Part shown: in pieces, positions 1-12,237 of the stretch
Position numbering within the stretch: the first letter of the stretch is position 1
Layout: the number at the start of each line of letters is the position of its first letter
Assembly (NCBI GenBank): GCA_951406725.2
Contig: OX597814.1
Coordinates: 6,076,001 to 6,140,000 of the forward strand
Direction of reading: 5' to 3'
DNA length: 64,000 nucleotides
From: Octopus vulgaris
Taxonomy: Eukaryota
Notes under the pieces: generated by a model
Seen by the model: only the letters and a program-made list of their open reading frames with translations
What the model was told of the DNA's origin: nothing
Database searches by the model: none
Translations under genes and position numbers: made by a program

Positions 1-132
1 ATTCTGTCTTATTACAGAGGCCAGCATTCTGGTTACAGTGGCAACCCCTTGTTATACAAGGATATATATATGTATGCAGCATGTATGTATAATTTGAATA
101 TTTGTATGTGAATAATAATAATGATAATAATA

Positions 133-704
133 TGCCCTGATGCAGTACCAGGCAGTGGCTCTCATGGCTTCTGATCTTAACTGATTGGAAGTGTTATCAT
201 GTACATTGTTTTGTCTTGGTATAAAAGATGGGCTACAGCAAATATTCTGCTTAATACCACAGATTTGCTTGTCAGTTGTTTGACCTTAACCAGTTGAGCA
301 TGTCCCTTAGTGGCTGACGATATGTGCATCTCTGATCACGAGCGGAAGTAGTGGGGGAGCATCATAGCCATGTGTTGAGAGGGATTCTATGGAGTTTGAA
401 TAATTCACCTCTGGAAACATAGGTGTTTTGTTCAACATCCTTAAACAACCCTTATTCAAGGACCTTTTGAGCGGGATGGGTTACTCGACCAGAAGAAAAT
501 TCTAACTGGGCCCCACCTGCTAGGTCATGCACTGTTTATCTTGATATGAGATCACCCTGTCGCGCACATATGGTTGTAATGCATGTGCCTGGTGTACCCT
601 TATCAGATGGGTAGTCATGATGGGTATACTGGGCTTTGTATATTTTACCCCAGTGTCACTTTGATGGCAAGCACTGCTCTCTCACTCAATAATAATAATA
701 ATAA
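133..704 (+). mobile_element. Non-autonomous ~570 bp retroposon with (AAT)n tail
   Basis: Diverged inverted copy at ~15484-15957 and a fragment at ~36505-36665; ends gcactgctctctcactc(aat)n. Confidence 0.7.
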
Positions 705-705
705 T

Positions 706-990
706 CCTTGCTTGCCGCTGTTAGAATTAACAATATAATAACTATTGGAAATGTGATGCTACCCAGAAACATTTAAGAAATAAGATGAAGAGGAAAGGGT
801 ACACAAGTGGAAAATGAAACCACTGCATGGACAATACTTCAGAGAAATTGAAGGAAAAGGCAAGATCAACGCTTGGAGGTGGCTAAGAAAAATATGTGAA
901 AGGATGCAGTGAGGCATTGATATGCAGCATTGAGGAACAAGCTCTAAGAACTAATTACACCAAGTTCCAAATAGATAAGAGCAGGGAATT
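706..990 (+). mobile_element. R4/Dong-clade LINE fragment
   Basis: Translation KWKMKPLHGQYFRE...W.WL...EALICSIEEQALRTNY is typical of the post-RT region of R4/Dong elements. Confidence 0.7.
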
Positions 991-996
991 ATTTTG

Positions 997-1041
<45 letters not shown>

Positions 1042-1254
1042 TAATCCAAACAAGAAAGCACAAAAAAACACAACAACGCGAGGACATGGAACAAATATAG
1101 TATTATTGGACTCTCAGGAAAGAAGGAAAGAAGGAGGGTTTAATGTTTCAAGCAGAGCTCTTCGTATGGAAACATAAGAGAAGGAAAGATTCAGAGAAGG
1201 GAAGACAGAGGAAAAAAAATCGCCAATGGTACACACGAGGTCACACACACACAT

Positions 1255-1290
<36 letters not shown>

Positions 1291-1536
1291 GAGATAATGG
1301 TGTCATTGAGACCCAAAGGTGTCAGGTAAAGCTGAATAAGTGCTATAGACAGACCATAGTTAAGTTCCAGATTTGGTAATTTTTGGAATAAGGTGTTCAG
1401 CATTGATTCTATGTTAGCATGTGTATATAAGAATTTTTTTCGTAATGAGATAAAAACGAAGGCTGTGTAGATATTAGAACATTTATATCTATAAACGTTC
1501 TATCTTGGTTTTTTATCTTATTGCGCAAAAAATTCT

Positions 1537-1585
<49 letters not shown>

Positions 1586-1607
1586 TGTGGGAGTTGGTGT
1601 TTGTACA

Positions 1608-2115
1608 TATTGGGCTGGAACAAAAGATTTTGACCATTTCTTAAAGTAAAATGTAAAAAGTCTTCATTCATCAACATATTTCCCATTTTGTTCCACCACC
1701 ATTTGGCATCTTTGAGGCAGCTTCAAGACCCCATCCTCCCACTCCATAGCATCCTTCTGGGTCATGAACTGGTCTTCCAAATAAGTTCTTCTCATCAAGA
1801 GAACTTTGTAAGGATTAAAATAAATGGTAATCCATTGATGCAATGTCTGGTGAGTATGATGGAGACGTAAGAACATCCCAGCCAATTTGTTCCAATTTCT
1901 GCCAGGTTCATAAAGAAATATGAAACCTAGCATTGTCCTTAAGAAAAACAACACACTTCTGATTGACCAGTTCTGGACATTTTTCATTGATTGGCTCTTT
2001 TAATCAGTCTTATTGGGAACAATAATTGTCGGAATTCAATGTCCAGTTTTATAGAAGAGACTTTGTAATACACAATGTCCTTCCGATTCCACTGGATACG
2101 GTATTACCTTCATAA
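1608..2115 (-). mobile_element. Mariner transposase C-terminal relic with terminal inverted repeat
   Basis: Frameshifted GWDV..PPYSPD.A..DY.LF.SLQ and EDGVLKLPQRCQMVVEQNGKY. Confidence 0.8.
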
Positions 2116-2220
2116 GACAATAGGTCTTCTGGATCAGGGATGACCTATGGCTAAACACCAGTGGTTCCTATGTAAGACACCATTTCTGTCAGTAGATAAA
2201 ATAAAAATAAATATATTCAC

Positions 2221-2356
2221 CCATCTGCATTTACAAATTTAATATAAATTTCCTCGTTAGTTTGATTAACAAATGTAATACAATCTTTTCCATTGTAACG
2301 AGTTAGGTCCTCAATGGTTTTCATTGCTGTTAAAAACTTTTTCTTGTCAAGTTCAG
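2221..2356 (-). CDS. Astacin-family (M12A) zinc metalloprotease, catalytic-domain exon
   Basis: tatttcag acceptor and gtgaat donor; 136 nt, phase 1-2; (S)ELDKKKFLTAMKTIEDLTRYNGKDCITFVNQTNEEIYIKFVNAD(G) fits the astacin AM..IE..T...CI.FV..T.E..YI.F...GC pattern; the HExxH exon was not found in the window and presumably lies to the left. Confidence 0.88.
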
Positions 2357-3076
2357 CTGAAATACATAAATTAGCATAAAATTAACATAAAATTAGAGCC
2401 AATAAGGAAGTCTCTTGTCATGCTAGAAACAACAGTTATTCTTCAAACTGCATGCTACCATCTTAAGAGAGAGCACAGTGGACAGGGAAGTTCTGGCTAC
2501 ACAAAAAGACAAGATGGTCATGGCTGGAACATCTTTGATCATAGTTCAACTCTATCAGGGCTAACCTAGGGTTAAACAACAGCATTTAGTGAATATTGAT
2601 GTTTGATATGGAATGTGAGAGAGAGTGAGAGAGGAGAGAGAGGGGGAGAGAGAGGAGAGAGAGAGAGAGTGTGTGTGTTTTACAGTGAAGGCTAATTTAA
2701 TGACCACCTCCAAAGAGAGGCAGTTTGCATTGTCATTGTTCAAAGGACACATACACCCCCCCAGTACGACCCAACAAGGGAGTATCTACGTAGTCACTTG
2801 ACTTGCTAGACATAATAACTAAATCTCTCATTACATTCTGTGATCTTAAAAAGAGGAAGGATATACATTGTGTAATGTAGTCCAAGGTAGACTAGGTCTG
2901 AAATGAATAATGGCAAAGTGATGGCTGGGATGCTGTTAATCATAGACCTCTTCTGTAGAGGCTGACTTGGGGCTAAACAATAATTGCTTTATCCTGGAGT
3001 AGTTCTTAATAATTGTTTCAGAACAAGGCCAACAGTTTTGAGGGGAGGGGGAGGGCTAATCACCCCTTTAAATACC

Positions 3077-3305
3077 TATTTCTTTACTACCCACAAGGGG
3101 CTAAACACAGAGAGGACAAACAAAGACAGATATATGGATTAAGTCAATTATATCGACCCCAGTGCGTAACTGGTACCTATTTAATTGACCTCAAAAGGAT
3201 GAAAGGCAAAGTCGAACTCGGCGGAATTTGAACTCAGAACGTAGTGGCAGACGAAATACGGTTACGCATTTCGCCTGGCGTGCTAACGGTTCTGCCAGCT
3301 CACTG
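3077..3305 (-). mobile_element. tRNA-derived SINE (family with ggcggtgagctggcagaa head)
   Basis: Flanked by the direct repeat cccctttaaatacc; same family as 25546-25778 and 40278-40510. Confidence 0.85.
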
Positions 3306-3505
3306 CCCCTTTAAATACCATCAACTCAAATACGTGACTGTTTATTCTATAACCTCAAAAGGATGGAAGTTGAAGTGGAGAAGATTTGAACCCTGAATGC
3401 TAAGGACTGGAACAGATACTGCTTTAAGGATTCTGCTAATTCCTTACTTTTAAGAAATAGGGTTTCATTATAATGAGGATTCTACTGCTGTGGTCACAGT
3501 GGCTA

Positions 3506-3903
3506 GGATCTTTTCATTTTGACCGGCAGATTTTTAAAATAATTTCTTTGTAACTAAACACTTTTAAACTTGTTATCCAGCTCTGTTTATGAGTGACCCC
3601 TCAGTTTATGGCCACAGGGTATCTTTTTTCTCATAAATAACAAATTGATATGACACCACCAGAAAATGTTGTTGACAAACTACGGCAGAAATTGAATTCA
3701 CCTCAATAGACGTCATTGATTGGTTGAAATCGTTGAAATGCAAGAAATTAAACAACAAATAGCTTACAAACTACGGAATTTTCTCAAGAAAGCCAAGAGA
3801 AAAAGATGCTTTATGTAACACATTCTACCAGCATACGAAGTTTAAAAGTGTTTAGTTACAAAGAAATTATTTTAAAAATCTGCCGGTCAAAGTGAAAAGA
3901 TCC
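3506..3903. mobile_element. MITE with GGATCTTTTC terminal inverted repeats
   Basis: ~65 bp TIRs; imperfect 9 bp flanking repeat cagtggcta/cagtagctg; TIR shared with 12238-12682 and 20580-20810. Confidence 0.85.
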
Positions 3904-4788
3904 CAGTAGCTGTACAGAGGGATTGATCCATAGCTATGGTACGGATGTATAGTCATTAAAATGATCCTAAAACCCATCTTTACAATTTCAATGGATCAAT
4001 ATATATATCTCTGAATTCCTCAGCCCCAATCTTGGTCTTCATAACTTTAATCATTTCCATACTTCTACGACTAATTCAGAATCCCTTTTTACAAACCCCT
4101 AATTCTTTTGTCTTAGTCTTTGTCCACATGACTTGTGTGCTTAAGACATTTGCTTTGCAACCTCATGCTTTTGAGTTCAATCTGGCTGCGCAGAACCTTG
4201 ATTAAGGGTTTTCTACTCTAGTGTTGGCAAAAAACTTGTGGGGGAAATTCACTTGACGAAAATTGGAGGAACTTTTTCTGCTGTTGTGTGGTAAACTTTA
4301 TCCATTTGCCTCTTTGAGCACAATCTTTCATGCCTTTAGCAGGGACTGCTCTCACAACCCTTCAAGTGGGGCCTCTAGTTTGAAAACATCTTCTGATCTT
4401 GGAAATCCTAGAAATGGTCATAGCATTGCTCTTTCACATCTGATTACTGCATCTTTAAAGATCCATTCCCAATAAGTTACAAAAATTTCAAGATTTACTG
4501 GAACTGTTGAAATTCTAGCAGCAAAATTCTTAACAAATGAAAGATTAAGAAATCTCAGGTTACCTTTAGCAATAATCTCTTTTTATTTTACTTTTGTACA
4601 ATGTTTTGTTCTGTTTGATCTCATAAGATGAGATCACTTATTTGAACATTTCTAATCTTTATGAGCAACAACTTGTCTCAGACATTTACTCATTTAATCT
4701 CAACATTTAATCTCAACGCTTAATCTTTAACATTTAATCTTTACAAATTCTTTACACCAGTTTTTAACAAAGAAATGCTGGTACTTAC

Positions 4789-4864
4789 AAAAATCTTGAG
4801 TTATTTTGTATGGAATCTTTGTTTGTGGCCATTGACCACTACTATTAGGGACTACATTTCTTTT
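4789..4864 (-). CDS. Astacin-family metalloprotease exon, start of the mature enzyme
   Basis: ttttttatttcag acceptor and gtaagt donor; 76 nt, phase 0-1; KRNVVPNSSGQWPQTKIPYKITQDF fits the astacin KRN...WP...IPY.I motif; frame joins exon 2221-2356. Confidence 0.88.
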
Positions 4865-5147
4865 CTGAAATAAAAAAGCAAAAACAAAAAAAGCAAACAA
4901 AACAAAGATTGACAATGATTTGTCTTAGTGTGGACTGTGATAATGAAAAAGACTTGTCTTAGTGTGGGATGTATCAGTCAATCATCTGGTGCCTTTAGAG
5001 TTTGTGTGATGGCTCTGATGTTGTTCTGTGTTTTTGAAGGCAGATTGAAGAGGAATTACAAGGTAGGGAGCCTCTATGTAGTCACACAGCCTGATAGAAA
5101 TAGGAGCTAAATCTCTCTCATGCCACTCTCAAGCTCAGAAGAAATAT

Positions 5148-5376
5148 TTAACCCTTTAGTGTTCACATTATTCTGCCAAAATTAATCCTTTTTTATTCAC
5201 ATTGTTTTGAACTAATCATGCATTATCTTGTAGCTATGAGATTTTGATGAGGTAGCTGTTAATTTTTCAAATGATCTTGTAGGGTTGGTGTGAGAGACCA
5301 GATCTGGCCATGCTGAACATAAAACAGGCAGGATGCTTTTGGCTGGATATGGCCGGTTTAAATGCTAAAGGGTTAA
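5148..5376. mobile_element. piggyBac-type MITE
   Basis: TTAA-CCCTTTAG ... CTAAAGGG-TTAA ends. Confidence 0.8.
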
Positions 5377-5455
5377 AAAAAAAACTGAAGAAAAATATTC
5401 TTGTGGAAAGTTAAAAATTGTGATGCGAAGAATCTATTTGACTCTTTCTACTTAC

Positions 5456-5499
5456 GAATCTATTGGAATCTTGTTTATGGATATCGACATCATACGTTC
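5456..5499 (-). CDS. Astacin pro-peptide exon
   Basis: ttattggcag acceptor and gtaagt donor; 44 nt, phase 1-0; (G)TYDVDIHKQDSNRF; splicing to KRN creates an RFKR furin-type site; YDVDI sits where FEGDI normally is. Confidence 0.72.
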
Positions 5500-6390
5500 C
5501 TGCCAATAACAACATGTAGAAAAAATCCTTTTTACATTCATTATCAACAGAGATTAAAGTCTAGAAAAAAAAGGAAGTACTGATATGCTGCAAACTCATG
5601 TGGGAACATAGACACACATACATATATATATGGGTATGTACACATGCATTCACATACGCATACACATATATGCATCTACACAGACATACAGATGTACTAC
5701 ACACATACATGTGTATGCAGGCATACACACGTGCACACATATACATGTATGTAGGCACATACACACATACACATGTATGCAAGTACATGCGCACATGCTG
5801 GTATCCACTCACACAAACTCACCACAATAATGATGAAATGGTGGTGGTTGTGGTGGTGGCACTGATGGTAGTTGCAGTTTTGGTGGTGGTGGCTCTGGTG
5901 GTAGTTGTATTCAACATATATCAATCATTTCTATGAATCCTGGAAGTACTTTCTTTCTCCAAGAGTCTCAGATTGGTCATACTTCAGTTCTAGCAGGTTG
6001 GAACACATTCTGTTTCTCCAGAAATAATGGCTATAAAGCTGAAATTCTATTTAAGGTATCGAATAATCAGGTTCCTCTCACTTGTTCACAAATATTTCAT
6101 TTTCCTTGGATATATTTTCCTACACCATTAACAAATGAAGTGAGTCCATGGCCTGCAGGACGGCCTGCTGTGCTAACCTTGGATCGTAGAGTGACCCACT
6201 GTTTTTGAGGAGACCTATTAAGTCAAGTACGTTAACACCAACATTAAAATGACAATCAAATCGAAATTGTAGTTAAGATACCCGTGCCGGTGACACGTTA
6301 AAAGCACCATCGGAACGTGGCCGTTGCCAGCGCCGCCTGACTGGTGTCCGTGGCGGTGACACGTAAAAGCACCAACTGATCGTGGCCGTT

Positions 6391-7253
6391 AAGTTAAGTT
6401 AATTTTTTGGCTCAGAAAGCAAAAAACAAGGCCATGTAGGGGGACATGGAGTTATGTACAGGGGTGTTCATGCAAAGTGTTCAGGCCATTTCTGGTCAAG
6501 AGAGGCTTTGAACTGAGCGGTCGTCGGCATCTTCACTATCTCGTCCGGTAGCTTCTTCCACGAATCCGCAACCCAGACGGAGAAAGCCCTTCTCCTTCGA
6601 TTGAGATGAAATCATCGCAGATAGAGCTTTTCGGAGTGACCCCGCAGCCTACGCTCTGGAGCAGGAGTGAAGAACAGCTCTTTCGAGAGGTTACACTTTC
6701 CGCTTATGATGTTGTGAGCAAGAATGAGATCACCACGGCGTCGTCGTTTTTCTAGAGAATAAAGGTCGAGCGTCTTCAGCCTTTCTTCATAAGACAAATG
6801 CTTGAGACCATGAACCATGCAGGTAGCCAGCTTCTGGACTCTTTCGAGATGATGTATGTCTTTGAGGAGATAAGGAGAAGAGGCTTGAATCCTGTACTCC
6901 AATATGGGTCTCACCAGCGTGACATAGAACAGTAGGAATATGGCTGCTGTGAGCATTCCGAATGACCGTCAAATCAAAAACAGAACTCCACATGCTTTGT
7001 TAGCAGCATGGACGCACTGGGCCGAAGGCGAAAAGGAGGAATCCACCAAGATACCCAGGTCCTTTACCTGGTCGGTCCTCTCCAGCAGTAGACGACCCGG
7101 CTTGAAATCAAGTTGAGTTGCAGGAGGAGAGCCAACAGGCAGATGACAGCACTTTGACACGTTCAGACACAGGTCCCATTCGTTTGACCATCTCTAAACT
7201 TGGTAGAGGCATCGACAAAGATCATCTATATCACCGCGAGGAACGACCAGTTT
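6391..7253 (-). mobile_element. 5'-truncated CR1/L2-type LINE inserted into an RTE 3' UTR copy
   Basis: LVRPILEY...LERVQKLAT...LSYEERLKTLDLYSLEKRRRRGDLI...LRGH; (TTAAC)n tail at ~6391; host sequence gtggccgtt|gccagcctcgcc is split by the insertion. Confidence 0.9.
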
Positions 7254-8759
7254 GCCAGCCTCGCCTGGCACGTAAAAAGCACCCACTACACTCTCGGAGT
7301 GGTTGGCATTAGGAAGGGCGTCCAGCTGTAGAAACACTGCCAGATCAGACTGGAGCCTGGTGCTAGCATGGAAAACGGACGTTAAACGATGATGATGATG
7401 ATGATCAATGTCAACAGACTTCCACAACACAACCAGGTTCGGTTTCTGCTTTTACATAATCTACATTTGGTGTCAGTCAATGCATGCCTTTTCTTTTTGT
7501 TTATATTTTTTAATTGTAGATATTTGGAGACCCCTTACCCCAGGTTTGTAAGGGGACAGGCCATAAAGGTGTAGGGACTCCCGTCCCAGGCTTTAAGTAT
7601 TGTTTCTTCCATTCTTGGTGCATTCTTCCCTCTTTTATTCTTGTATTTGTTTCAGCCATTTGACTGTGGCCATGCTGGAGCACCGCCTTTAGTTGAGTAA
7701 ATCAACCCTAGGACTTATTCTTTGTAAGCCTGGTACTTATTTTATTGGTCTCTTTTGCTGAACTGCTAAGTTATGGGGATGTAAACACACCATCATTGGT
7801 TGTCAAGTGATGTTGTGGGGACAAACATAGACACACACACATATATATACATACATCATCATCATCATCGCTTAACGTCCGTTTTCCATGCTGACATGGG
7901 TTAGACGATTTGACTGGGGACTGGCAAGCTAGGAGGCCGCACCAGGCTCCAATCTGGTCTGGCAGAGTTTCTATAGTTGGATGCCCTTCCTAAAGGCAAC
8001 CACTCCGAGTGTGTAGTGGGTGCTTTTTAAGTGTCACCAGCATAGGGGGCTGGCATTGACCATGTTCAGATGGTGCTTTTTATGTGCCACTGGCATGGGA
8101 GCCAGTCAGATGGTGCTGGCATCAGCCATGTTTGGATGGTGCTTTTTACGTACCACCATCATAGGTGTCAGTCAGGGTAAGGGGGGTGCTGGCAGCGAAC
8201 ATGTTGTCAGCCCCTTGCCCCAACTGGCTCCTGTGCCAGTGGCATGTTAAAAACATATATATATATATATACACATGATGGGCTTCTTTCAGTTTCTGTC
8301 TTTGAAATCCACTCCCCAGGCTTTGGTCAGCCCAAGGCTATAGTAGAAGACACTTGCTCAAGGTACCACCACACAGTGTGCGTTTTGAAAAGAAATCAGG
8401 AATTAAAATCAACAGCAAATTTCTTGCATGTCTTTGGTTTGCAGAAAACAGAGTTTTGGTGTTGGGAAATTCGGTTAAACTTTAAACTGCTGGAATGACA
8501 TAATATGGACAGCAAAGCAGGTGGACAAAAATATGCAAGAAATGGAGGAGGAGGAGGAGGAGGAGGAGTAGAAAATGATGTTGATGATGAAGAAGAAGAA
8601 GAAGACCGATATAACGTTCAACCAACTTGTAGATGAAGTTCTTAATGTTTACAGGTGAAGAAATATCACTTGAAAAAATATGAAACCTTAGGCTGAGGAA
8701 GAGGTAGAAGGTCGGTCAGGTGGTTATGTATCACTTGTCTGCATGCATTCAAGATGATG

Positions 8760-9748
8760 ATGATGGTCATCATCATCGTTGTCCTTTAACATCTGCTTTC
8801 CATGCTGGCATGGGTTGGATGGTTTGACTGAGGACTGGCAAACCAGGAGGCTGTACCAGGTTCCAGTCTGACCTGGCAAAATTTCTACAGCTGGATGCCT
8901 TTGCTAACACCAACCCCTCTGAGAGTGTAGTGGGTCCTTTTTACGTGCCACCAGCACAAGGGCCAGTCAGGTTGTGCTGGCAATGATCATGCTTGAATGG
9001 TGCTTTTTACGTACCACTGGCACAGGAGCCAGTCTGGCAGCACTGGCAATGATCACACTTGAATGTTGTTTCTTACATGCCACCAGCACAGATGCCAATC
9101 AGCGACCCTGGCAATGATCATGCTCGGATGGTGCTTTTAACGTTCGACTGGCACAAGTGCCAATCAGGCAGTACTGTCATTGGCCTTAGCCACATCAGTG
9201 AGTTTGATGTCACTTGCCTCAACAGGTCTTCACAAGCAAGGTTTATTGTCCAATGAATGAGGGGTATTCATAAATGGGCTGGTTATACACCACTGGAATA
9301 GGCCACGGGTTATGGTGTTTTTGGCACGTAAAAGCACCATCCGCTCATGTCCGTTGCCAGCCTCGCCTGGCCCCCGTGCCGGTAGCACATAAAAGCACCA
9401 TCCGTTCGTGTCTGTTGCCAGCCTCGCCTGGCCCCCGTGCCGGTAGCACATAAAAGCACCATCCGTTCGTGTCTGTTGCCAGCCTTGCCTGGCCCCCGTG
9501 CCGATGGCACGTAAAAACACCATCCATTCGTGGCCATTTGCCAGCTCTGTCTAGCACTTGTGCAGGTGGCACGTAAAAAGCACCCACTACACTCACGGAG
9601 TGGTTGGCGTTAGGAAGGGCATCCAGCCGTAGAAACACTGCCAAATCTGACTAGCCTGATGAAGCCTTCCGGCTTCACAGACCCCAGTTAAACCGTCCAA
9701 CCCATGCTAGCATGGAAAACGGACGCTAAATGATGATGATGATGATGA
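8760..9748. mobile_element. Two RTE 3'-end copies joined head to head, the + copy with ~60 bp internal tandem units
   Basis: Minus copy ~8760-9310 with (ATC)n tail; plus copy ~9320-9748 with (GAT)n tail and 3-4 units of gtgccggtagcacataaaagcaccatccgttcgtg. Confidence 0.8.
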
Positions 9749-10511
9749 ACAGAGAAAACTGAGGTGCTGCAGGGGATGGTTACATCTGATAGCATCATAC
9801 TGTTTGATGAGTTGTCCACAGAAGCGAAGAAGATGCTACAAGACATTGATGATAGCAGCAAATATGTTGGTTTAAATATGGTCTTTAGTAACAATGAAGT
9901 CTCATTAGAGTTACACAACTCAGCATCAGGAAAGTGGATTAAAAGACCAGAAACTAGAGGCGTACCACAGAATCGGTCTCGGCTGGATTACATTCAGTAT
10001 GAGAGTTGCCAACTTTGAGAAACAGAAGCATATCATTAAAGCTGAAGAATAAATGCTTTCAGACCTCACTCACAGATGGAAAACTTAGACATTGAGTGAC
10101 ACTCAAATATTAGTCACCACTCAATGCAAGAATGACCATGGCATGATGGGAGGGTCAACAAAAATACAAAACAAACAGAACGTATTTGAATCCAAGAGAA
10201 GGGTCCAAGATCTCATTCACCAAATAAAATGGCAGAATCACAAGTTAGTGAGGCATTTTGTAGGATAGGAGACAAGGGATAGATTAAGGGATTAACTGGT
10301 GAGAGAAAGAGATTAACAGGTGACAATGTGATGTCCATGAAGCAATAAGTGTTCAAGATGTCCAAAAGAAACTGGGGAGACAACTTTGACCAAAGCTTTA
10401 AGGTCTACACAGGGGTCTGGTGGTCAAAGGTAATTGTTGCTGGTAGAATGGAGGGAGCACAGAGAAGGACCCATCCAGCAGGAGCAACACAGACCTTGGA
10501 GATGTTGATAG

Positions 10512-10753
10512 TTGTGTGTGTTTGTGTTGTGGTGTGTTGTGTTGTGGTGTGTGTGTGCTGTGTGTTTTGTGTTTGTGTTGTGTGTGTGTGTTTGTGTTGT
10601 GTGTGTGTTGTGGTGTGTTTGTGTTGTGTGTGTGTTTGTGTTGTGTGTGTTGTGTGTGGGTTGTGTGTGTTGTGTGTGTGTGTGTGTGTGTGTGTTGTGT
10701 GTGTGTGTTGTGTGTGTGTGTGTGTGTGTTGTGTGTGTGTTGTGTGTGTTGTG

Positions 10754-10795
<42 letters not shown>

Positions 10796-11035
10796 TGTTG
10801 TGTGTGTGTGTGTGTTGTGTGTGTTGTGGTGTTTGTGTTGTGGTGTGTTGTGTGTGTGTTGTATGTGTTGTGTGTGTGTTGTGTGTGTTTCTGTGTGTGT
10901 GTTGTGGTGTATGTATTGTGTGTGTGTTTCTGTGTGTTGTGGTGTATGTGTTGTGTTATGGTGTGTGTGTGTTTCTGTGTTGTGTGTTTCTGTGTGTGTG
11001 TGTGTGTTGTGTGTTTATGTGTGTGTGTGTGTTGC
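10512..11035. repeat. Complex (TG)n/(TTG) microsatellite
   Basis: Directly visible; source of the spurious CV/HT-rich ORFs. Confidence 0.95.
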
Positions 11036-11157
11036 CTGTGCATGTTTCAACTGATTTAAAAAGTAACTGGTAATTAATCAATAATTCGTTCCAAAGCAAT
11101 ATCAATAATTAGTGGTAAATCAATAATTAATAATGAAATAACAATCAATAATTATAC

Positions 11158-11190
11158 CTGTGACGACTTCAGGATATTGTGAGTCAAGAT
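11158..11190 (-). CDS. Astacin pro-peptide small exon
   Basis: ttattgtttcag acceptor and CAG|gtataa donor; 33 nt, phase 1-1; xLDSQYPEVVT(G), similar to the NPEE..G segment preceding the Asp-switch; phase matches exon 5456-5499. Confidence 0.55.
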
Positions 11191-11269
11191 CTGAAACAAT
11201 AATATTGAGAGAAATGTAATTAATTAGTATGTTAATTAGTTATAATGAAGTAAATTAATGAATAATTTA

Positions 11270-11970
11270 GAGACAGAGAGGAGGAAAGAAGGGTGGTCAT
11301 GGGGAGAGAGGGGGAGAAAGGTATAAGACTGTGTGGAGAGAAAGTGTGATAGAGAGATAGAGAGAATGGGAGAGTGAGAGAGAGAGAGAGAGAGAGGAGT
11401 GATAGAGAGAGAAAAAAAGGGGAGAGTGAGAGAGGGAAAGAAAGAGAGAGTGTGTGATAGAGAGATAGAAAGAAAGAGGAGAGAATGAGAGTGAGAGAGA
11501 GAGAGAAAGAGGAGAGAGTGAGAGAGAGAGAGTGTGTGATAGAGAGAAAGAGGAGAGAATGAGAGTGAGAGAGAGAGAGAAAGAAAGAGAGTGATAGAGA
11601 GATAGAAAGAGGAGAGAGTGATAGAGAGATAGAAAGAAGGGAGAATGAGAGTGAGTGAGAGAAAGAGAGTGATAGAGAGATAGAAAGAGGAGAGAAAGAG
11701 AGTGATAGAGAGATGGAAAGAGGAGAGAAAGAGAGTGATAGAGAGATAGAAAGAGGAGAGAAAGAGAGTGATAGAGAGATAGAAAGAGGAGAGAAAGAGA
11801 GTGATAGAGAGATAGAAAGAGGAGAGAAAGAGAGTGATAGAGAGATGGAAAGAGGAGAGAAAGAGAGTGATAGAGAGATAGAAAGAGGAGAGAAAGAGAG
11901 TGATAGAGAGATAGAAAGAGGAGAGAAAGAGAGTGATAGAGAGATAGAAAGAGGAGAGAAAGAGAGAGTG
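11270..11970. repeat. GA-rich tract ending in a 33 bp minisatellite (~9 copies)
   Basis: Unit gagaaagagagtgatagagagatagaaagagga from ~11660 to 11965. Confidence 0.9.
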
Positions 11971-12142
11971 CTACTGAGTGAAATACACAAAATAGTTTTT
12001 GTTCTGCAGTTTAAGATGATATGACTCAAGGGATAATCCATTGGATTAAAAAGATGCAAAATTATTTAAAGTTAAAATACACCCAAGACATTTAAAATGA
12101 TATTTTATGCCTGATGTTTGTAAAGTTATTGGTCTTCCATAC

Positions 12143-12175
12143 ATTTGCTGGTTTGAAGAATTTCAAAGAAGGTTC
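12143..12175 (-). CDS. Possible further upstream astacin micro-exon
   Basis: ttccaattctttag acceptor and gtatgg donor; 33 nt, open in phase 1 (xTFFEILQTSK); no homology support. Confidence 0.3.
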
Positions 12176-12237
12176 CTAAAGAATTGGAAATAAATGACAA
12201 CATTACCATAGAAGAAAGAAAAATAATAAGAACCATT

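Noticed and set aside
9320-9580. CRISPR-like palindromic repeat and spacer pattern
   Set aside because: Eukaryotic context, no cas genes, spacers are mutually similar and belong to a LINE 3' UTR
10349-12059. Long ORFs rich in CV, HT or SL, including the ERGEKESDREI repeats
   Set aside because: Translations of TG and GA micro/minisatellites, with no splice or domain support
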